64,000 nt of DNA from Clostridia bacterium (GCA_045615705.1 JAZLFH010000012.1:4417-68416); one strand, 5' to 3'. Positions 10,761-21,386 are shown, counted from the first letter of the stretch. The notes: generated by a model not told the origin, from the letters alone. Translations and numbers: made by a program.

Positions 10761-11216
10761 TTATTTTTTATCCAACAATTTATTTACCTCTGCCAAGAAA
10801 GTGGTAATATCTTTAAATTGCCGATAGACCGAAGCAAACCTTACATAAGCGACTTCGTCAATTTCTTTTAACCCGTCCATAATGCGTTCTCCGATATCAC
10901 TTGAAGTTACTTCACGCTCTAAGGAATTTTGAAGGTCGGATTCAATTTTATCAACGAGTTCAACCATTTTTTCTGTCGGAACAGGTCTTTTTTCGCACGC
11001 CTTAATAATTCCCGAAAGGACTTTATCACGGTCAAAAAGTTGTCTTGATTTATCCTTTTTTATAACGATAATCGGAAGTGTTTCAACCTTTTCGTATGTC
11101 GTAAATCTTTTCTGGCAACTTATACACTCCCGGCGTCTTCTTATTGCAGTCCCTTCATCTGTGGGACGGGAATCAATGACCTTACTGTCTTCGTGGCTGC
11201 AAAACGGACAACGCAT
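10761..11216 (-). CDS. nrdR: transcriptional repressor NrdR
   Basis: The N-terminal zinc ribbon [17 protein letters not shown]...[12 protein letters not shown] is followed by an ATP-cone. Confidence 0.95.
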   Translation of the reverse strand: MRCPFCSHEDSKVIDSRPTDEGTAIRRRRECISCQKRFTTYEKVETLPIIVIKKDKSRQLFDRDKVLSGIIKACEKRPVPTEKMVELVDKIESDLQNSLEREVTSSDIGERIMDGLKEIDEVAYVRFASVYRQFKDITTFLAEVNKLLDKK

Positions 11217-11227
11217 ATAATTCCTCC

Positions 11228-11656
11228 TTATAACTCAATCTTATTTACTCGGCGTTCATGACGGCCTCCGCCGAATTCTGCTTCCAAATAAGCATCAATG
11301 ATTTTTTGAGCAGTTTCATCGGAAGTGGTTCTTCCGCCGAGTGCAATCATATTTGCATTGTTATGCTCCTTTGCAAGATGCCCCATTTCGGGTGTGAAGC
11401 AAAGAGCACATCTGATACCCTTAACTTTGTTTGCGGAAATGGAAATCCCGATACCCGTACCGCAAACTACTATTGCAAAATCGCATTTTTTGTCAATCAC
11501 ATAGTTAGCTGCAAGATGCCCGAAGTCGGGATAATCACAACTTTCTTCGGAATCGGTGCCGAGGTCAATCATTTCATGCCCCTTATCTTTTAAGTATTTT
11601 TTCAAGTTTTCCTTTAACAAAAATCCGCCGTGGTCGGAAGCAATCGCTATTTTCAT
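11228..11656 (-). CDS. rpiB: ribose-5-phosphate isomerase B
   Basis: [11 protein letters not shown]...[14 protein letters not shown] matches the RpiB/LacAB family. Confidence 0.9.
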   Translation of the reverse strand: MKIAIASDHGGFLLKENLKKYLKDKGHEMIDLGTDSEESCDYPDFGHLAANYVIDKKCDFAIVVCGTGIGISISANKVKGIRCALCFTPEMGHLAKEHNNANMIALGGRTTSDETAQKIIDAYLEAEFGGGRHERRVNKIEL

Positions 11657-12345
11657 AATTCATTCTCCTTATTGTGTTTTAAAGCATATTCCCTCTCTGC
11701 CTGAGAAAGGCGAAGATATGTTATACCAAGACTTTGAGCATCGGTGAAATTGTTTTCATCTCTTGCACACAAACACACGGATGATGCTCTTTGAAGCCGA
11801 AGATTTTCGGGAGTTATTATAACTTTACGGTTAGTTTTTAAAATATCAATGTATGAATCAACTCCATCGCCGACAAAAATTGTTTCTTCCGAAAGGCCGT
11901 TTAAAACATCTTCCAACAAAACGGCACAAGGCTCTTTAACCGTTTCCGCTTTTCCGCCCGCAAACTTGTATATTCCACAGTAGACTTCGCCTCGTCTTGC
12001 GTCCATAATGGCACAAACCGGCTTGGTTGATGTGATGACATTATAAGAAAGTGCTTTTAAAGTACAAACACCGCAAACACCTTTTTTAAGACCGTACGAA
12101 AGACCTTTTGCCGTGCCGACTCCTATCCTTAGCCCTGTAAATGAGCCCGGTCCGTTTGAAACGGCTATGGCATCAATATCGGTTATATCCAATGATACAT
12201 TTTTAAGTGCTCTGTCAATCATCGGAAGAAGAGTTTCGGAGTGAGTAAGAGATGATGTAACAGATTCTTCCGCTATAATTTTATTATCGCACAAAACGGC
12301 AACAGATGCTGTAAGTGCAGACGATTCAATCCCTAATATTTTCAT
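11653..12345 (-). CDS. tsaB: tRNA t6A37 complex subunit TsaB
   Basis: ILGIESS...GPGSFTGLRIG is present. The gene overlaps tsaE upstream. Confidence 0.85.
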   Translation of the reverse strand: MKILGIESSALTASVAVLCDNKIIAEESVTSSLTHSETLLPMIDRALKNVSLDITDIDAIAVSNGPGSFTGLRIGVGTAKGLSYGLKKGVCGVCTLKALSYNVITSTKPVCAIMDARRGEVYCGIYKFAGGKAETVKEPCAVLLEDVLNGLSEETIFVGDGVDSYIDILKTNRKVIITPENLRLQRASSVCLCARDENNFTDAQSLGITYLRLSQAEREYALKHNKENEL

Positions 12346-12763
12346 TTTTGTAATCCCTTATAATTCTTTCATTCTCGTTTTCAGTGTATGTTATATAAAG
12401 ATAAATTGCATCTTTCGGCATACATTCGATAAAATTATCAGCCCACTCGATAATTGAAATATCTTTTGAGGTGTATTCATAAAAACCGATGTCATAAAGT
12501 TCATCGGGGTCGTTTATCCTGTATAAATCAAAGTGCGTTATATTGACAGTGCCTTTGTAGTTGTGCATAATTGTAAAGGTAGGCGAACTAACGCCGTTTT
12601 TCACACCAAAGTATCTTGCAAATCCGCGGGTAAACGCAGTTTTTCCCGCTCCCAAATCACCCATAAGGCATATTGTTTGGGGAGCATTAACGGTTTTTGC
12701 AAAATTAAATGCGAACTCTTCGGTATCCTTAACACTTTCGGATAAAAACTCCATAAACCTCAA
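12326..12763 (-). CDS. tsaE: tRNA t6A37 ATPase TsaE
   Basis: It carries the Walker A motif GDLGAGKT, then SPTFT and HFDLYR. Confidence 0.85.
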   Translation of the reverse strand: MRFMEFLSESVKDTEEFAFNFAKTVNAPQTICLMGDLGAGKTAFTRGFARYFGVKNGVSSPTFTIMHNYKGTVNITHFDLYRINDPDELYDIGFYEYTSKDISIIEWADNFIECMPKDAIYLYITYTENENERIIRDYKNENIRD

Positions 12764-12831
12764 ATCGCCTCAATTCTTATAACAATTTTAACATATATTG
12801 TGTATTTAGGCAAGAACTTTCACAATATATA

Positions 12832-12860
12832 TTGAAAATTGAAAAAAAAGATGTTATAGT
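12832..12860 (+). promoter_or_regulatory. sigma-A type promoter for the two-component operon
   Basis: TTGAAA (12832-37), a 17-nt spacer, then an extended -10 TGtTATAGT (12852-60). Confidence 0.45.
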
Positions 12861-12878
12861 ATATTTGAGGTGCTTTAA

Positions 12879-13556
12879 ATGAAAATTTTAATTGTTGATG
12901 ATGAAAAGTTACTTGTAAAAGGAATAAAATTTAATCTTGAACAGGACGGTTACACTGTTGAAACCGCTTATGACGGCGAAGAAGCATTGAAAATTGCCCG
13001 GGACAGGAGCATTTCACTTATAATACTCGATTTGATGCTTCCGAAGGTTGACGGACTTACGGTTTGTCAAAAGGTCAGGGAGTTCTCCTCTGTGCCTATT
13101 ATTATGCTCACCGCAAAAACAGAGGATATGGATAAGATTATGGGACTTGAATACGGTGCAGACGACTACTTGACAAAGCCGTTTAACATTTTGGAACTCA
13201 AAGCCCGCATTAAAGCAATCCTCAGAAGATTAAGTAATCCCGGCGAAGAAAATAAAACGGTTAAATCCGGAGAAGTTGAACTTGATTACAATTTAAGGAG
13301 AATAAAACTCGGAAACAAGGTAGTGGAACTTACTTCAAAGGAATTTGACCTTTGCGATTTGTTTGTGTCAAATCCGGGAAGAGTGTATTCTCGTGAAAAT
13401 TTGCTTGACATTGTTTGGGGATACGATTATCCGGGCGATATAAGAACTGTTGATGTACATATACGCCGTCTTCGTGAGAAGATTGAACCGAGTGCGGCGG
13501 AACCGGAGTATATCCTTACAAAGTGGGGGGTAGGTTACTATTTCAGAGAAGTTTAA
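12879..13556 (+). CDS. OmpR/PhoB-family response regulator
   Basis: The receiver domain (ILIVDDE...DLMLP) is followed by a winged-helix C-terminus (RTVDVHIRRLREKIE). Confidence 0.9.
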   Translation: MKILIVDDEKLLVKGIKFNLEQDGYTVETAYDGEEALKIARDRSISLIILDLMLPKVDGLTVCQKVREFSSVPIIMLTAKTEDMDKIMGLEYGADDYLTKPFNILELKARIKAILRRLSNPGEENKTVKSGEVELDYNLRRIKLGNKVVELTSKEFDLCDLFVSNPGRVYSRENLLDIVWGYDYPGDIRTVDVHIRRLREKIEPSAAEPEYILTKWGVGYYFREV

Positions 13557-13584
13557 AAATGTTTTTTCAAGCATAAGGTGGCGT

Positions 13585-14967
13585 ATGGTAGCCACCTATT
13601 TGCTTATAATTATGATTGCGGTAACTTTCATTTGCATCTATACGATAACTGCGACAAGGAAGCACCTTATAGAGCAAAAAGAGATGCAAGCACTTACACA
13701 GGCAAATATGGTATCAAATTACATAAGCAGATATAAAGATTTAAGTGAAGAAAGTATATCGTTTCTTCTTCAAAAAATGCTTCAGCTTCCCAACGATTCA
13801 AGACTTATAAGACTTGATACGGATGCACGGGTTATATTTGATTCAAAAGAAACATTAAAAGGCAAAATTCTTACGGAACCGTTGGCGTTTAAGGCACTTT
13901 CGGGGAGCAGTGATACCGATTACACAAGGGAAAGTTCCGGTGGCTCGGTAGTAAATGCATCTGTCAGCATAACCGAGGATAAAAGAGTAACGGGAGCAGT
14001 ATTTATACAGTTCGGAGTGTCCGATATTGACAATTATGTAGAGGATATGGCAAAAAAAATGCTTCTTTTTGCCCTCTTTTTCGTGCTTTTGGCAATTGTT
14101 ATCTGCCACTTTTTTTCAAGTGTTGTTACAAGACCGATAGAAACTCTTACACATCAACTTGAAAGTGCAATAGAATCCGAAGAAGATGATATTACGCTTC
14201 CGTCTGCGGGTGGCGGCGAGATTGGAAAACTTGTTGAGTCGTTTAATAAAATGACCGAAAAAATTCGGCAACAGGAGGAAAAAAGACAGGAATTCGTTTC
14301 AAACGCTTCGCACGAACTGAAAACGCCCCTGAGTGCGATTAAACTTATTTCCGACTCACTCATTCAAACTCCCGATGCACCAAAAGAAATGGTGGACGAG
14401 TTTTTAAACGACATGAATGTTGAAGTTGACAGACTTACAAGAATAGTAAATAAACTTTTAACGCTCACCAAAATGGACAGCAGCGTGTCGGTTATGCGTA
14501 TGGAGTTCTTGGTAATGGATTTTTCCGATGTAATAGCAAATGCAATAAAGGCACTAAGACCTCTTGCGGACAGCAAAAATATTGAACTGACTTACGAATC
14601 CGAAGGCCCTATCTACTTTAAAATTGAAAGGGACAGGCTTTGGGAGGCGGTATATAATCTTATAGATAACAGCATAAAGTACACACACGAGGGCGGTCAT
14701 GTAGAAGTTACGCTTACAAAAGAAGACAACACGGCAAAACTTACGGTAAAAGACAGCGGAATAGGTATTGCTCAAGAAGAGCAGTATAAGATTTTTGACA
14801 GATTTTATCGTGTTGACAAGGCAAGGGCGAGAGAAACGGGAGGAACGGGACTCGGGCTTTCAATCACATTAAGTGCGGTTGAACTTCACGGAGGAAGTAT
14901 TCAGGTGGAAAGTGAAGAAGGCGTTGGAACATGTTTTACCGTTTCAATTCCCATTACACTTAAATAA
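13585..14967 (+). CDS. sensor histidine kinase
   Basis: It has two TM segments, a HAMP-like linker, the H-box SHELKTPL, and N/G boxes (DNSIKYT, GGTGLGLS). Confidence 0.9.
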   Translation: MVATYLLIIMIAVTFICIYTITATRKHLIEQKEMQALTQANMVSNYISRYKDLSEESISFLLQKMLQLPNDSRLIRLDTDARVIFDSKETLKGKILTEPLAFKALSGSSDTDYTRESSGGSVVNASVSITEDKRVTGAVFIQFGVSDIDNYVEDMAKKMLLFALFFVLLAIVICHFFSSVVTRPIETLTHQLESAIESEEDDITLPSAGGGEIGKLVESFNKMTEKIRQQEEKRQEFVSNASHELKTPLSAIKLISDSLIQTPDAPKEMVDEFLNDMNVEVDRLTRIVNKLLTLTKMDSSVSVMRMEFLVMDFSDVIANAIKALRPLADSKNIELTYESEGPIYFKIERDRLWEAVYNLIDNSIKYTHEGGHVEVTLTKEDNTAKLTVKDSGIGIAQEEQYKIFDRFYRVDKARARETGGTGLGLSITLSAVELHGGSIQVESEEGVGTCFTVSIPITLK

Positions 14968-14977
14968 GGAGAAAATT

Positions 14978-15892
14978 ATGAAAAAACTTTGTTTGATTTT
15001 ATCGCTTATTTTAATAATTCCGTCTTTTTGTTCGTGTTCTTTAAAAAACAGCATAAAGATAAATGTGTATTTTAAAACAAAGGATTATTCCTTGGCAAAA
15101 GAAACGAGATTTATAAAAAAAGAAGATGTTACGACCGCAGAAAAAGCAAAGTTTGCTTTAAACTGCATTATCGGAAAGCCGACAAATCCCGATACACTTC
15201 CCGTAGCACCGGAAAATCTTCGCCTTTTAAGTATCGGTGTGGACGGAAATACTGTTAAGGTCAACTTCTCAAACGATTACTATAAATTAACCGGAGTTGA
15301 CGAACTTGTTTTCAGGTATGCTCTTGTAAATACGCTTTGTGAAATTGACGACATTTCTTCAATACAGATTTTGGTTGATTCAAACCCTCTTTTATCGCAA
15401 ACGGGCGGAACAGAATTAGGTGTTATAAGTAAATATGATATGATTTCGGACTTGACATCAAAATCTGCCGACACGATTTTAGTAAAACTTTACTTTAAAT
15501 CTCAAAACGAAAACCTGCTTGACTTTGAGCAAAGAGTGGTTACGGTTCCGGGAACAAAAAGCGTGGAGAAATCGGTTGTAACAGAACTCTTAAAAGGAAG
15601 CACCAATCCCGATCTTGCAAACACAATTCCTACGGAAACAAAACTTATTGATATCGAAGTAAAAGACGGCGGGGTTTGCTTTGTAAACCTTTCAAAAGAG
15701 TTTTTGGAAAAGGCAAGTACGGATTTTAACACCAATAATTTTGCTATATACTCCATAGTAAATTCACTTACTGAACTTCCTGACATTACATCCGTACAAT
15801 TTATGATTGAGGGCAAAACAAACACCGAATACGGAACAATAAAACTTGACGAACCGTTTTTGAGAAACGAAGATTTTATAAAGAGAAATTGA
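14978..15892 (+). CDS. GerMN-domain lipoprotein
   Basis: ATG 14978 follows an AAGGAG RBS. The signal peptide and lipobox read LILIIPSFCSC. Two GerMN-like repeats are present (LVNTLCEI..., IVNSLTELPDITSVQF). The track start at 14873 overlaps the kinase and was rejected. Confidence 0.6.
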   Translation: MKKLCLILSLILIIPSFCSCSLKNSIKINVYFKTKDYSLAKETRFIKKEDVTTAEKAKFALNCIIGKPTNPDTLPVAPENLRLLSIGVDGNTVKVNFSNDYYKLTGVDELVFRYALVNTLCEIDDISSIQILVDSNPLLSQTGGTELGVISKYDMISDLTSKSADTILVKLYFKSQNENLLDFEQRVVTVPGTKSVEKSVVTELLKGSTNPDLANTIPTETKLIDIEVKDGGVCFVNLSKEFLEKASTDFNTNNFAIYSIVNSLTELPDITSVQFMIEGKTNTEYGTIKLDEPFLRNEDFIKRN

Positions 15893-15937
15893 GAAAAGAT
15901 GCGTGTTTATATAATAAAAAGCATTTAAGAGGGAAAT

Positions 15938-17818
15938 ATGAGCATTTTAACTGTCAGCAACCTCACAAAATCATTTGGAGAAAGAACTCTTTTTAAAAAT
16001 ATTTCTTTTCGCATTGATGAGGGAATGAAAATAGGTCTTATAGGTGCAAACGGAGTGGGCAAAACCACTCTTTTTCGCATACTTATGGGCGATGAAGAAA
16101 AAAGCGGAGGCGAGGTGTATATTTCAAAGTCGCAGCCCTTGGTTTGTATGGAGCAAACCGTAACAAGAGAAAAAATAACAGTTTATGATTACACACTTGA
16201 AGCATTTAAGAATCTGACTGAAACAGAAGAAGAACTTAGAGAAATTGCAACTGAACTTGAAAATGAGTACAGCGAAACACTTGCCCAAAAATATGCCGAA
16301 AAAAACGACATTTACATAAAAAGCGGCGGTTCCACATACAGGTCAATTGCCAAACAAACCCTTATAGGACTTGGGTTTTCGGAAGACGAACTTGATAAGG
16401 ATATGTCAGTCCTTTCGGGGGGTCAAGTAACCAGGGCAAGTCTTGCGAGAATACTTTTATCGGACTCCGCTCTGATGCTTCTTGACGAGCCGACAAACCA
16501 CCTTGATTTAAAATCGCTTGAATTTTTGGAAAATTTTTTAAAGAATACAAAAAAAGCATTTGTGGTAATAAGCCACGACAGATATTTTTTGGACAGCGTT
16601 ACAAATGTAACAATGGAACTTGAAAACAATTGCATAACGGAATATAAAGGCTCCTATTCTGATTTTATCAAGAAAAAAGATGCAAAATTCGAGTCTGATT
16701 TAAAAAAATATGAACAGACAAAAAAAGAGATAAGCCGTATTGAAGGAATAATCGACCAACAGCGTTCTTTCGGCAGAGAGAGAAATTTTGTAACGATACA
16801 AAGCAAACAAAAAAGCATCGACAGACTAAAAGAAAATCTTATAAAGCCCGAGAAAAACACAAGCAGAATAAAGTTTAAATTTCATTTACAAAAAGAGAGC
16901 GGAAATGATGTATTAAGAATAAAAAATTTAAAAAAATCGTTTGGCGAAAAGACTCTTTTTCAAGATTTTTCATTTGAACTTCATAAAAGAGAGCGTGTTT
17001 TTGTCATAGGCGAAAACGGATGCGGAAAGAGTACGCTATTAAAGATTATTGCAAAGGTTATTAATCAGGATGACGGCGAAATCCTATACGGAAGCAAAGT
17101 CGAAAAAGCGTTTTATGACCAAAGCCAGGAAGACCTTATAAAAAATAAAACGGTTATTTCAAATATATGGGACGAATACCCCAAAATGACCGAAACCGAA
17201 GTCAGAAATGCTTTGGCGTCATTTCTCATAAGAGGAGATGATGTGTACAAGGAAGTTTCGTTGATTTCCGGCGGAGAAAAAGCGAGAGTTTCGCTTTTAA
17301 AGACAATGCTTAAAGGTGCTAATTTGCTTCTTTTGGACGAGCCGACAAACCACCTTGACATATACTCTAAGGAAGCCCTCGAAAACGCCCTTGATGACTA
17401 TGACGGCACAATTCTTGCAGTCAGTCATGACAGATATCTTATAAATAAATTTGCAGATGTTATCCTTGCTTTTGAAAAAAACAAGATACGAGTATTTCGA
17501 GGAAATTTTGACTCTTACACGGAGTTTATCGAAAAAATGCAAAAAGACGAGGTAATAAAAGCACCTCAAAAAAAGGTGAGCGATTACGAAAAACAAAAAG
17601 AATTACGCCGTGCAAAGCAAAAAAAAGACGGTGCGATAAAACGCACCGAAGAAAAAATAGAAAAAGCGGAAATGATAAAACAAGACCTTGAAAAAGAACT
17701 CGAAACGCTCACTGATGACTATCAAAAAATTATGGAAGTAACTCAAAAAATCGAAGAAACGGAGAACTTAATTAAAGAATATATGGAAGAGTGGGAAAAC
17801 CTTTTTACCTCGGAATAA
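15938..17818 (+). CDS. ABC-F family ATPase (Uup/YfmR-like, C-terminal coiled coil)
   Basis: It has two ABC cassettes (GANGVGKTT and GENGCGKST, with LSGGQ and LSGGE signatures), no TM domain, and a Lys/Glu-rich tail. Confidence 0.9.
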   Translation: MSILTVSNLTKSFGERTLFKNISFRIDEGMKIGLIGANGVGKTTLFRILMGDEEKSGGEVYISKSQPLVCMEQTVTREKITVYDYTLEAFKNLTETEEELREIATELENEYSETLAQKYAEKNDIYIKSGGSTYRSIAKQTLIGLGFSEDELDKDMSVLSGGQVTRASLARILLSDSALMLLDEPTNHLDLKSLEFLENFLKNTKKAFVVISHDRYFLDSVTNVTMELENNCITEYKGSYSDFIKKKDAKFESDLKKYEQTKKEISRIEGIIDQQRSFGRERNFVTIQSKQKSIDRLKENLIKPEKNTSRIKFKFHLQKESGNDVLRIKNLKKSFGEKTLFQDFSFELHKRERVFVIGENGCGKSTLLKIIAKVINQDDGEILYGSKVEKAFYDQSQEDLIKNKTVISNIWDEYPKMTETEVRNALASFLIRGDDVYKEVSLISGGEKARVSLLKTMLKGANLLLLDEPTNHLDIYSKEALENALDDYDGTILAVSHDRYLINKFADVILAFEKNKIRVFRGNFDSYTEFIEKMQKDEVIKAPQKKVSDYEKQKELRRAKQKKDGAIKRTEEKIEKAEMIKQDLEKELETLTDDYQKIMEVTQKIEETENLIKEYMEEWENLFTSE

Positions 17819-19331
17819 TTAACGGACAGCCTGCTTCTAATTCGTCTTTGTCAATTAAGTTAACGCTCTTTAAGTCCGAAACCTTTATGTTGTGCTTTTT
17901 TGCGATTGACCAAGGCGTGTCGTCTTCTTTTACATAAGAAATTATAATTGACGGACGGTTTTCTTTTTGAAACTCTGTTTCTTCTGCATTTTCTATGTAT
18001 GTCAACTCTTGCGTTTCACTGCATGACGCACTTATCAAAACATTTGCCCGTACATCAATACTTCTGCTGCTCGATACTGAAAATGAGATGTTTAAAAGGC
18101 GGGCATGTGCCACAGCCTCTCCGATATCGCATGAATCCTTCTTTACGGTGTGAGTAAAGGGGATTTTTTCGTTAAATGTGTTAATCGGAGAGGAAGAATC
18201 GTTTGATGAATACAAAACAGAAACATCTAAATTTCCGTAAACAGTCAGTGAATTTTTCAAATCCTCACTTTTTTCAACCGTAACCGCAGCACATACTTCA
18301 CAGACATTTTCTATATCGGGAAGGTTTTCAAAAACAGTCAGTGACGCCTTTATAAAATGCTCACTTGAAGCAGTTTTTACAGGCGTGGTGTATGAAATTG
18401 TGTTTGTATCTGTTTTTAAAGCACCGTGTGGTAAAAATGCATCTTTTACAGAGTCAAACTCTACATTTTCGCATCCTTTAACGGTAAATGTAAGAGTAAA
18501 AGAAATATTTACACAGTATCCGTCATTTTCGCCGTCATCACAAAGAGAAGCGACAACATTTTTTACGGAAACATCACCCTTTATATCCATGTCGCCGTTT
18601 AGATTTTCCGTGTCAACAATTTCGGTAAAAGGAAGTTCGTTTTCACTGCTTAAAACCGCACCGTCCGCTATGTAGAGAGTATTTACAAATACGCTTCCCC
18701 GAATTACGGCTTTGTTGGAAACGGCTTTTATGCTTGTAATTTCCGCTTTTGCGGTTGATTTTAAAATTTCGTCCGCTTTTTTTGATGAATGAGGAAGTTC
18801 AAATGTGTCTTGAATATCAACATCTTTTTTGGAAAAAGCACCAAGGCAAACGGCAGTAACATGCTCTTTTAAAACTTCGGCGGAAGAAATATCATCTACA
18901 ATTTCGGGCGACATTTCATTTGTTGCCTCAACCAAAAGTCCCAAATCTGCTTTAAGAGAGAGTTTCCGGCAGTTTTGAAGTTTGAACGAAGAACTGCTTT
19001 TCTCAACGCTTGAAGAAATTTTTGACTCGGGGGTTACTTTTTCGCCTTCGCACATTTCGGAAAAGGGAGCCGTTACTCTTAAAGAACAGATACTTCTTTG
19101 TTCGTCATCTGCGAGATAAATAACGCAAAAATCAACATTACCCGATAAAAGCACTCTTGATTCCTGGGCTTCGTCCGAGTTTATGTATGCGTTTTCCGAC
19201 ACATTTAAAACCTTTAAAATATCAGGTTTCGTGTCGGGTACTATAATATCTGCTTCGACAGATGCTTTGTGGCATACACTAAGAGTGTTACAAGAAATAA
19301 CAGGGAAAGTTTTATTTACTGAAATTGACAT
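17805..19331 (-). CDS. LysM-domain sporulation protein, SipL-like (DUF3794-type N-terminal region)
   Basis: The C-terminal LysM reads YVKEDDTPWSIAKKHNIKVSDLKSVNL. The body of about 500 aa is beta-rich and repetitive. ATG 19331 follows an AAGGAGG RBS. The size and architecture resemble clostridial SipL. Confidence 0.5.
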   Translation of the reverse strand: MSISVNKTFPVISCNTLSVCHKASVEADIIVPDTKPDILKVLNVSENAYINSDEAQESRVLLSGNVDFCVIYLADDEQRSICSLRVTAPFSEMCEGEKVTPESKISSSVEKSSSSFKLQNCRKLSLKADLGLLVEATNEMSPEIVDDISSAEVLKEHVTAVCLGAFSKKDVDIQDTFELPHSSKKADEILKSTAKAEITSIKAVSNKAVIRGSVFVNTLYIADGAVLSSENELPFTEIVDTENLNGDMDIKGDVSVKNVVASLCDDGENDGYCVNISFTLTFTVKGCENVEFDSVKDAFLPHGALKTDTNTISYTTPVKTASSEHFIKASLTVFENLPDIENVCEVCAAVTVEKSEDLKNSLTVYGNLDVSVLYSSNDSSSPINTFNEKIPFTHTVKKDSCDIGEAVAHARLLNISFSVSSSRSIDVRANVLISASCSETQELTYIENAEETEFQKENRPSIIISYVKEDDTPWSIAKKHNIKVSDLKSVNLIDKDELEAGCPLIIPR

Positions 19332-19432
19332 AACTTTGTCCTCCTTAAAAATCCTACACCACATAATATGAGCAGTAAAGATTTTTTATGCTAAACTTTT
19401 AAAACAGTTTTACTCAAAAATAAAAATTTTAC

Positions 19433-19461
19433 TTGACAGTAATTTTCTTTATGGTTATAAT
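19433..19461 (+). promoter_or_regulatory. consensus sigma-A promoter of rpsU
   Basis: TTGACA (19433-38), a 17-nt spacer, then TATAAT (19456-61). Confidence 0.6.
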
Positions 19462-19514
19462 TAATAAGTACCAGACCCCGACCGTAGGTCGCAAAACAGA
19501 GAGGGGGGTAAAAA

Positions 19515-19691
19515 ATGTCCGAAATTAGAGTTAAAGATAATGAATCTTTAGACAGTGCGCTTAGAAGATTTAAGCGTTCTTGTGCTCGTGCGGGCGTTCT
19601 TTCTGAAGTCCGTAAGAGAGAGCATTACGAGAAACCCAGCGTAAAGCGTAAGAAAAAATCTGAGGCGGCACGCAAAAGAAAATTCAGATAA
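19515..19691 (+). CDS. rpsU: 30S ribosomal protein S21 (58 aa, below the ORF-track cutoff)
   Basis: My manual translation is [70 protein letters not shown] precedes it. Confidence 0.9.
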   Translation: MSEIRVKDNESLDSALRRFKRSCARAGVLSEVRKREHYEKPSVKRKKKSEAARKRKFR

Positions 19692-19751
19692 TTATAAAGT
19701 CGTCCACAAGGGCGACTTTAATTATTTTATTGTCGAAAATGGGAGGATTAT

Positions 19752-20213
19752 ATGCTCTTTCGCAATGCAGATTTAAATGAAGCCGAGGCTATTGCCGAGT
19801 TAATATATGATACAGTTCACAATGTGTGTTGTGATGACTACACACAAAGACAACTTGAAGCATGGGCACCTAAAAAATTTGACATAAGGCTTTTAAAGGA
19901 GTCTTTAAAACGAACATATACCTGCGTGGCAGATGATAACGGCAAAATTGTAGGTGTAATAAATATAGAATTTGACGGATATATTAACAGACTTTTTGTA
20001 GAAAAAACCCGTCTCAGGCAGGGCATTGCCACCGCCCTTTTAAAAAAGGGCGAGGAGTGGGCGAAGAAAAACGGCATTGCTGTTTTAACGCTTGAAGCGA
20101 GCCTCACAGCCATTCCTTTTTATCTTACAAACGGGTTTGAAAAAAGCGGAAAGACACGAAAAATCAAAAACGGAGTAGAGTTTTTTAATGACAGGATGGT
20201 AAAATTTATTTGA
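19752..20213 (+). CDS. GNAT-family N-acetyltransferase
   Basis: The acetyl-CoA motif reads [22 protein letters not shown]. Confidence 0.8.
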   Translation: MLFRNADLNEAEAIAELIYDTVHNVCCDDYTQRQLEAWAPKKFDIRLLKESLKRTYTCVADDNGKIVGVINIEFDGYINRLFVEKTRLRQGIATALLKKGEEWAKKNGIAVLTLEASLTAIPFYLTNGFEKSGKTRKIKNGVEFFNDRMVKFI

Positions 20214-20226
20214 GAGGAAAATTTTT

Positions 20227-20901
20227 ATGGTGTTACTTAAAAACGATTGGGATGATGTAATCGGCGGTGAGTTTTCAAAGCCGTATTACTTAAAACTTCG
20301 TGAATTTCTGAAAGCAGAATATGAAAATTACAACATATATCCCGATATGTACGACCTTTTTACGGCACTTAAAGTTACATCATATAAAGATACAAAGGTT
20401 GTAATATTGGGACAAGACCCGTACCATGAAAAAAACCAAGCCCACGGAATGAGTTTTTCGGTAAAACCGGGTGTGGCAATTCCGCCGTCACTTTTAAATA
20501 TGTACAAAGAACTAAATCGTTCACTCGGACTTTTTATTCCCAATAACGGCTATCTTCTTGATTGGGCAAAACAGGGCGTCCTTCTTTTAAACACGGTTTT
20601 AACGGTTCGTGAGGGCGAAGCAAATTCGCACAGAGGAAAAGGCTGGGAAATCTTTACGGACAGCGTAATTAAAGCACTGAGCGAAAGAAAAGACCCGGTG
20701 ATATTTTTGCTTTGGGGTAACAACGCACGGGAAAAGAAAAATCTGATTGATGAAACTCGCCACTATGTTCTTGAAGCACCGCATCCGAGTCCGCTTTCGG
20801 CAAACCGCGGATTTATAGGTTCGGACCACTTTAAAAAGGCTAACGAAATTTTAATTTCGCTTTTAAAATCGCCTATTGATTGGCAAATTAAGAATATTTA
20901 A
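20227..20901 (+). CDS. ung: uracil-DNA glycosylase
   Basis: GQDPYH, GVLLLN and HPSPLS motifs are all present. Confidence 0.95.
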   Translation: MVLLKNDWDDVIGGEFSKPYYLKLREFLKAEYENYNIYPDMYDLFTALKVTSYKDTKVVILGQDPYHEKNQAHGMSFSVKPGVAIPPSLLNMYKELNRSLGLFIPNNGYLLDWAKQGVLLLNTVLTVREGEANSHRGKGWEIFTDSVIKALSERKDPVIFLLWGNNAREKKNLIDETRHYVLEAPHPSPLSANRGFIGSDHFKKANEILISLLKSPIDWQIKNI

Positions 20902-20939
20902 TGTTTTTTTGCACAAAATAAGCCCAAGGAAGTGATTAA

Positions 20940-21293
20940 ATGCAGTATCTTTGGGCATTTTTAACAGGCGGAGTACTTTGTGCAATCGGTCAAATATTAA
21001 TTGACAAGACAAAACTTACTCCGGCAAGAATACTTGTTATGTATGTTACGGCAGGAGTTTTTCTTTCGCTCATAGGAGTGTACGAGCCGCTTGTAAAATT
21101 TGCGGGAGCGGGAGCGACAGTACCTCTTACGGGATTCGGGTATGTTCTTTATAACGGAGTGGTAAAAGCGATAAAAGAATACGGGTTTTCGGGAGTGTTC
21201 TCGGGCGGACTTGTATCGTCATCGCTCGGAGTCGGCTGTGCAATAATCTTTGCACTTATGGCATCTGCACTCAGCAAACCGAAAATGAAATAA
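20940..21293 (+). CDS. spoVAE: stage V sporulation protein AE (SpoVAEB-type), solitary
   Basis: 117-aa membrane protein containing FLTGGVLCAIGQILIDKT...VPLTGFG. Confidence 0.7.
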   Translation: MQYLWAFLTGGVLCAIGQILIDKTKLTPARILVMYVTAGVFLSLIGVYEPLVKFAGAGATVPLTGFGYVLYNGVVKAIKEYGFSGVFSGGLVSSSLGVGCAIIFALMASALSKPKMK

Positions 21294-21386
21294 ATAGCAT
21301 TTTTCTTAAAAACAAGAGGCAAAAAACTCTTGTTTTTTTGTGCTTTCTAATATATAATATAAGGTGCAAAAAGGGGGATTTGTGTT

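Noticed and set aside
15938-17818. ABC-F protein as an antibiotic-resistance (ARE) determinant
   Set aside because: Its length and C-terminal coiled coil fit housekeeping Uup/YfmR-type ABC-F proteins. There is no upstream leader peptide or attenuator, since only about 45 nt of leader is present. The context is core genome.
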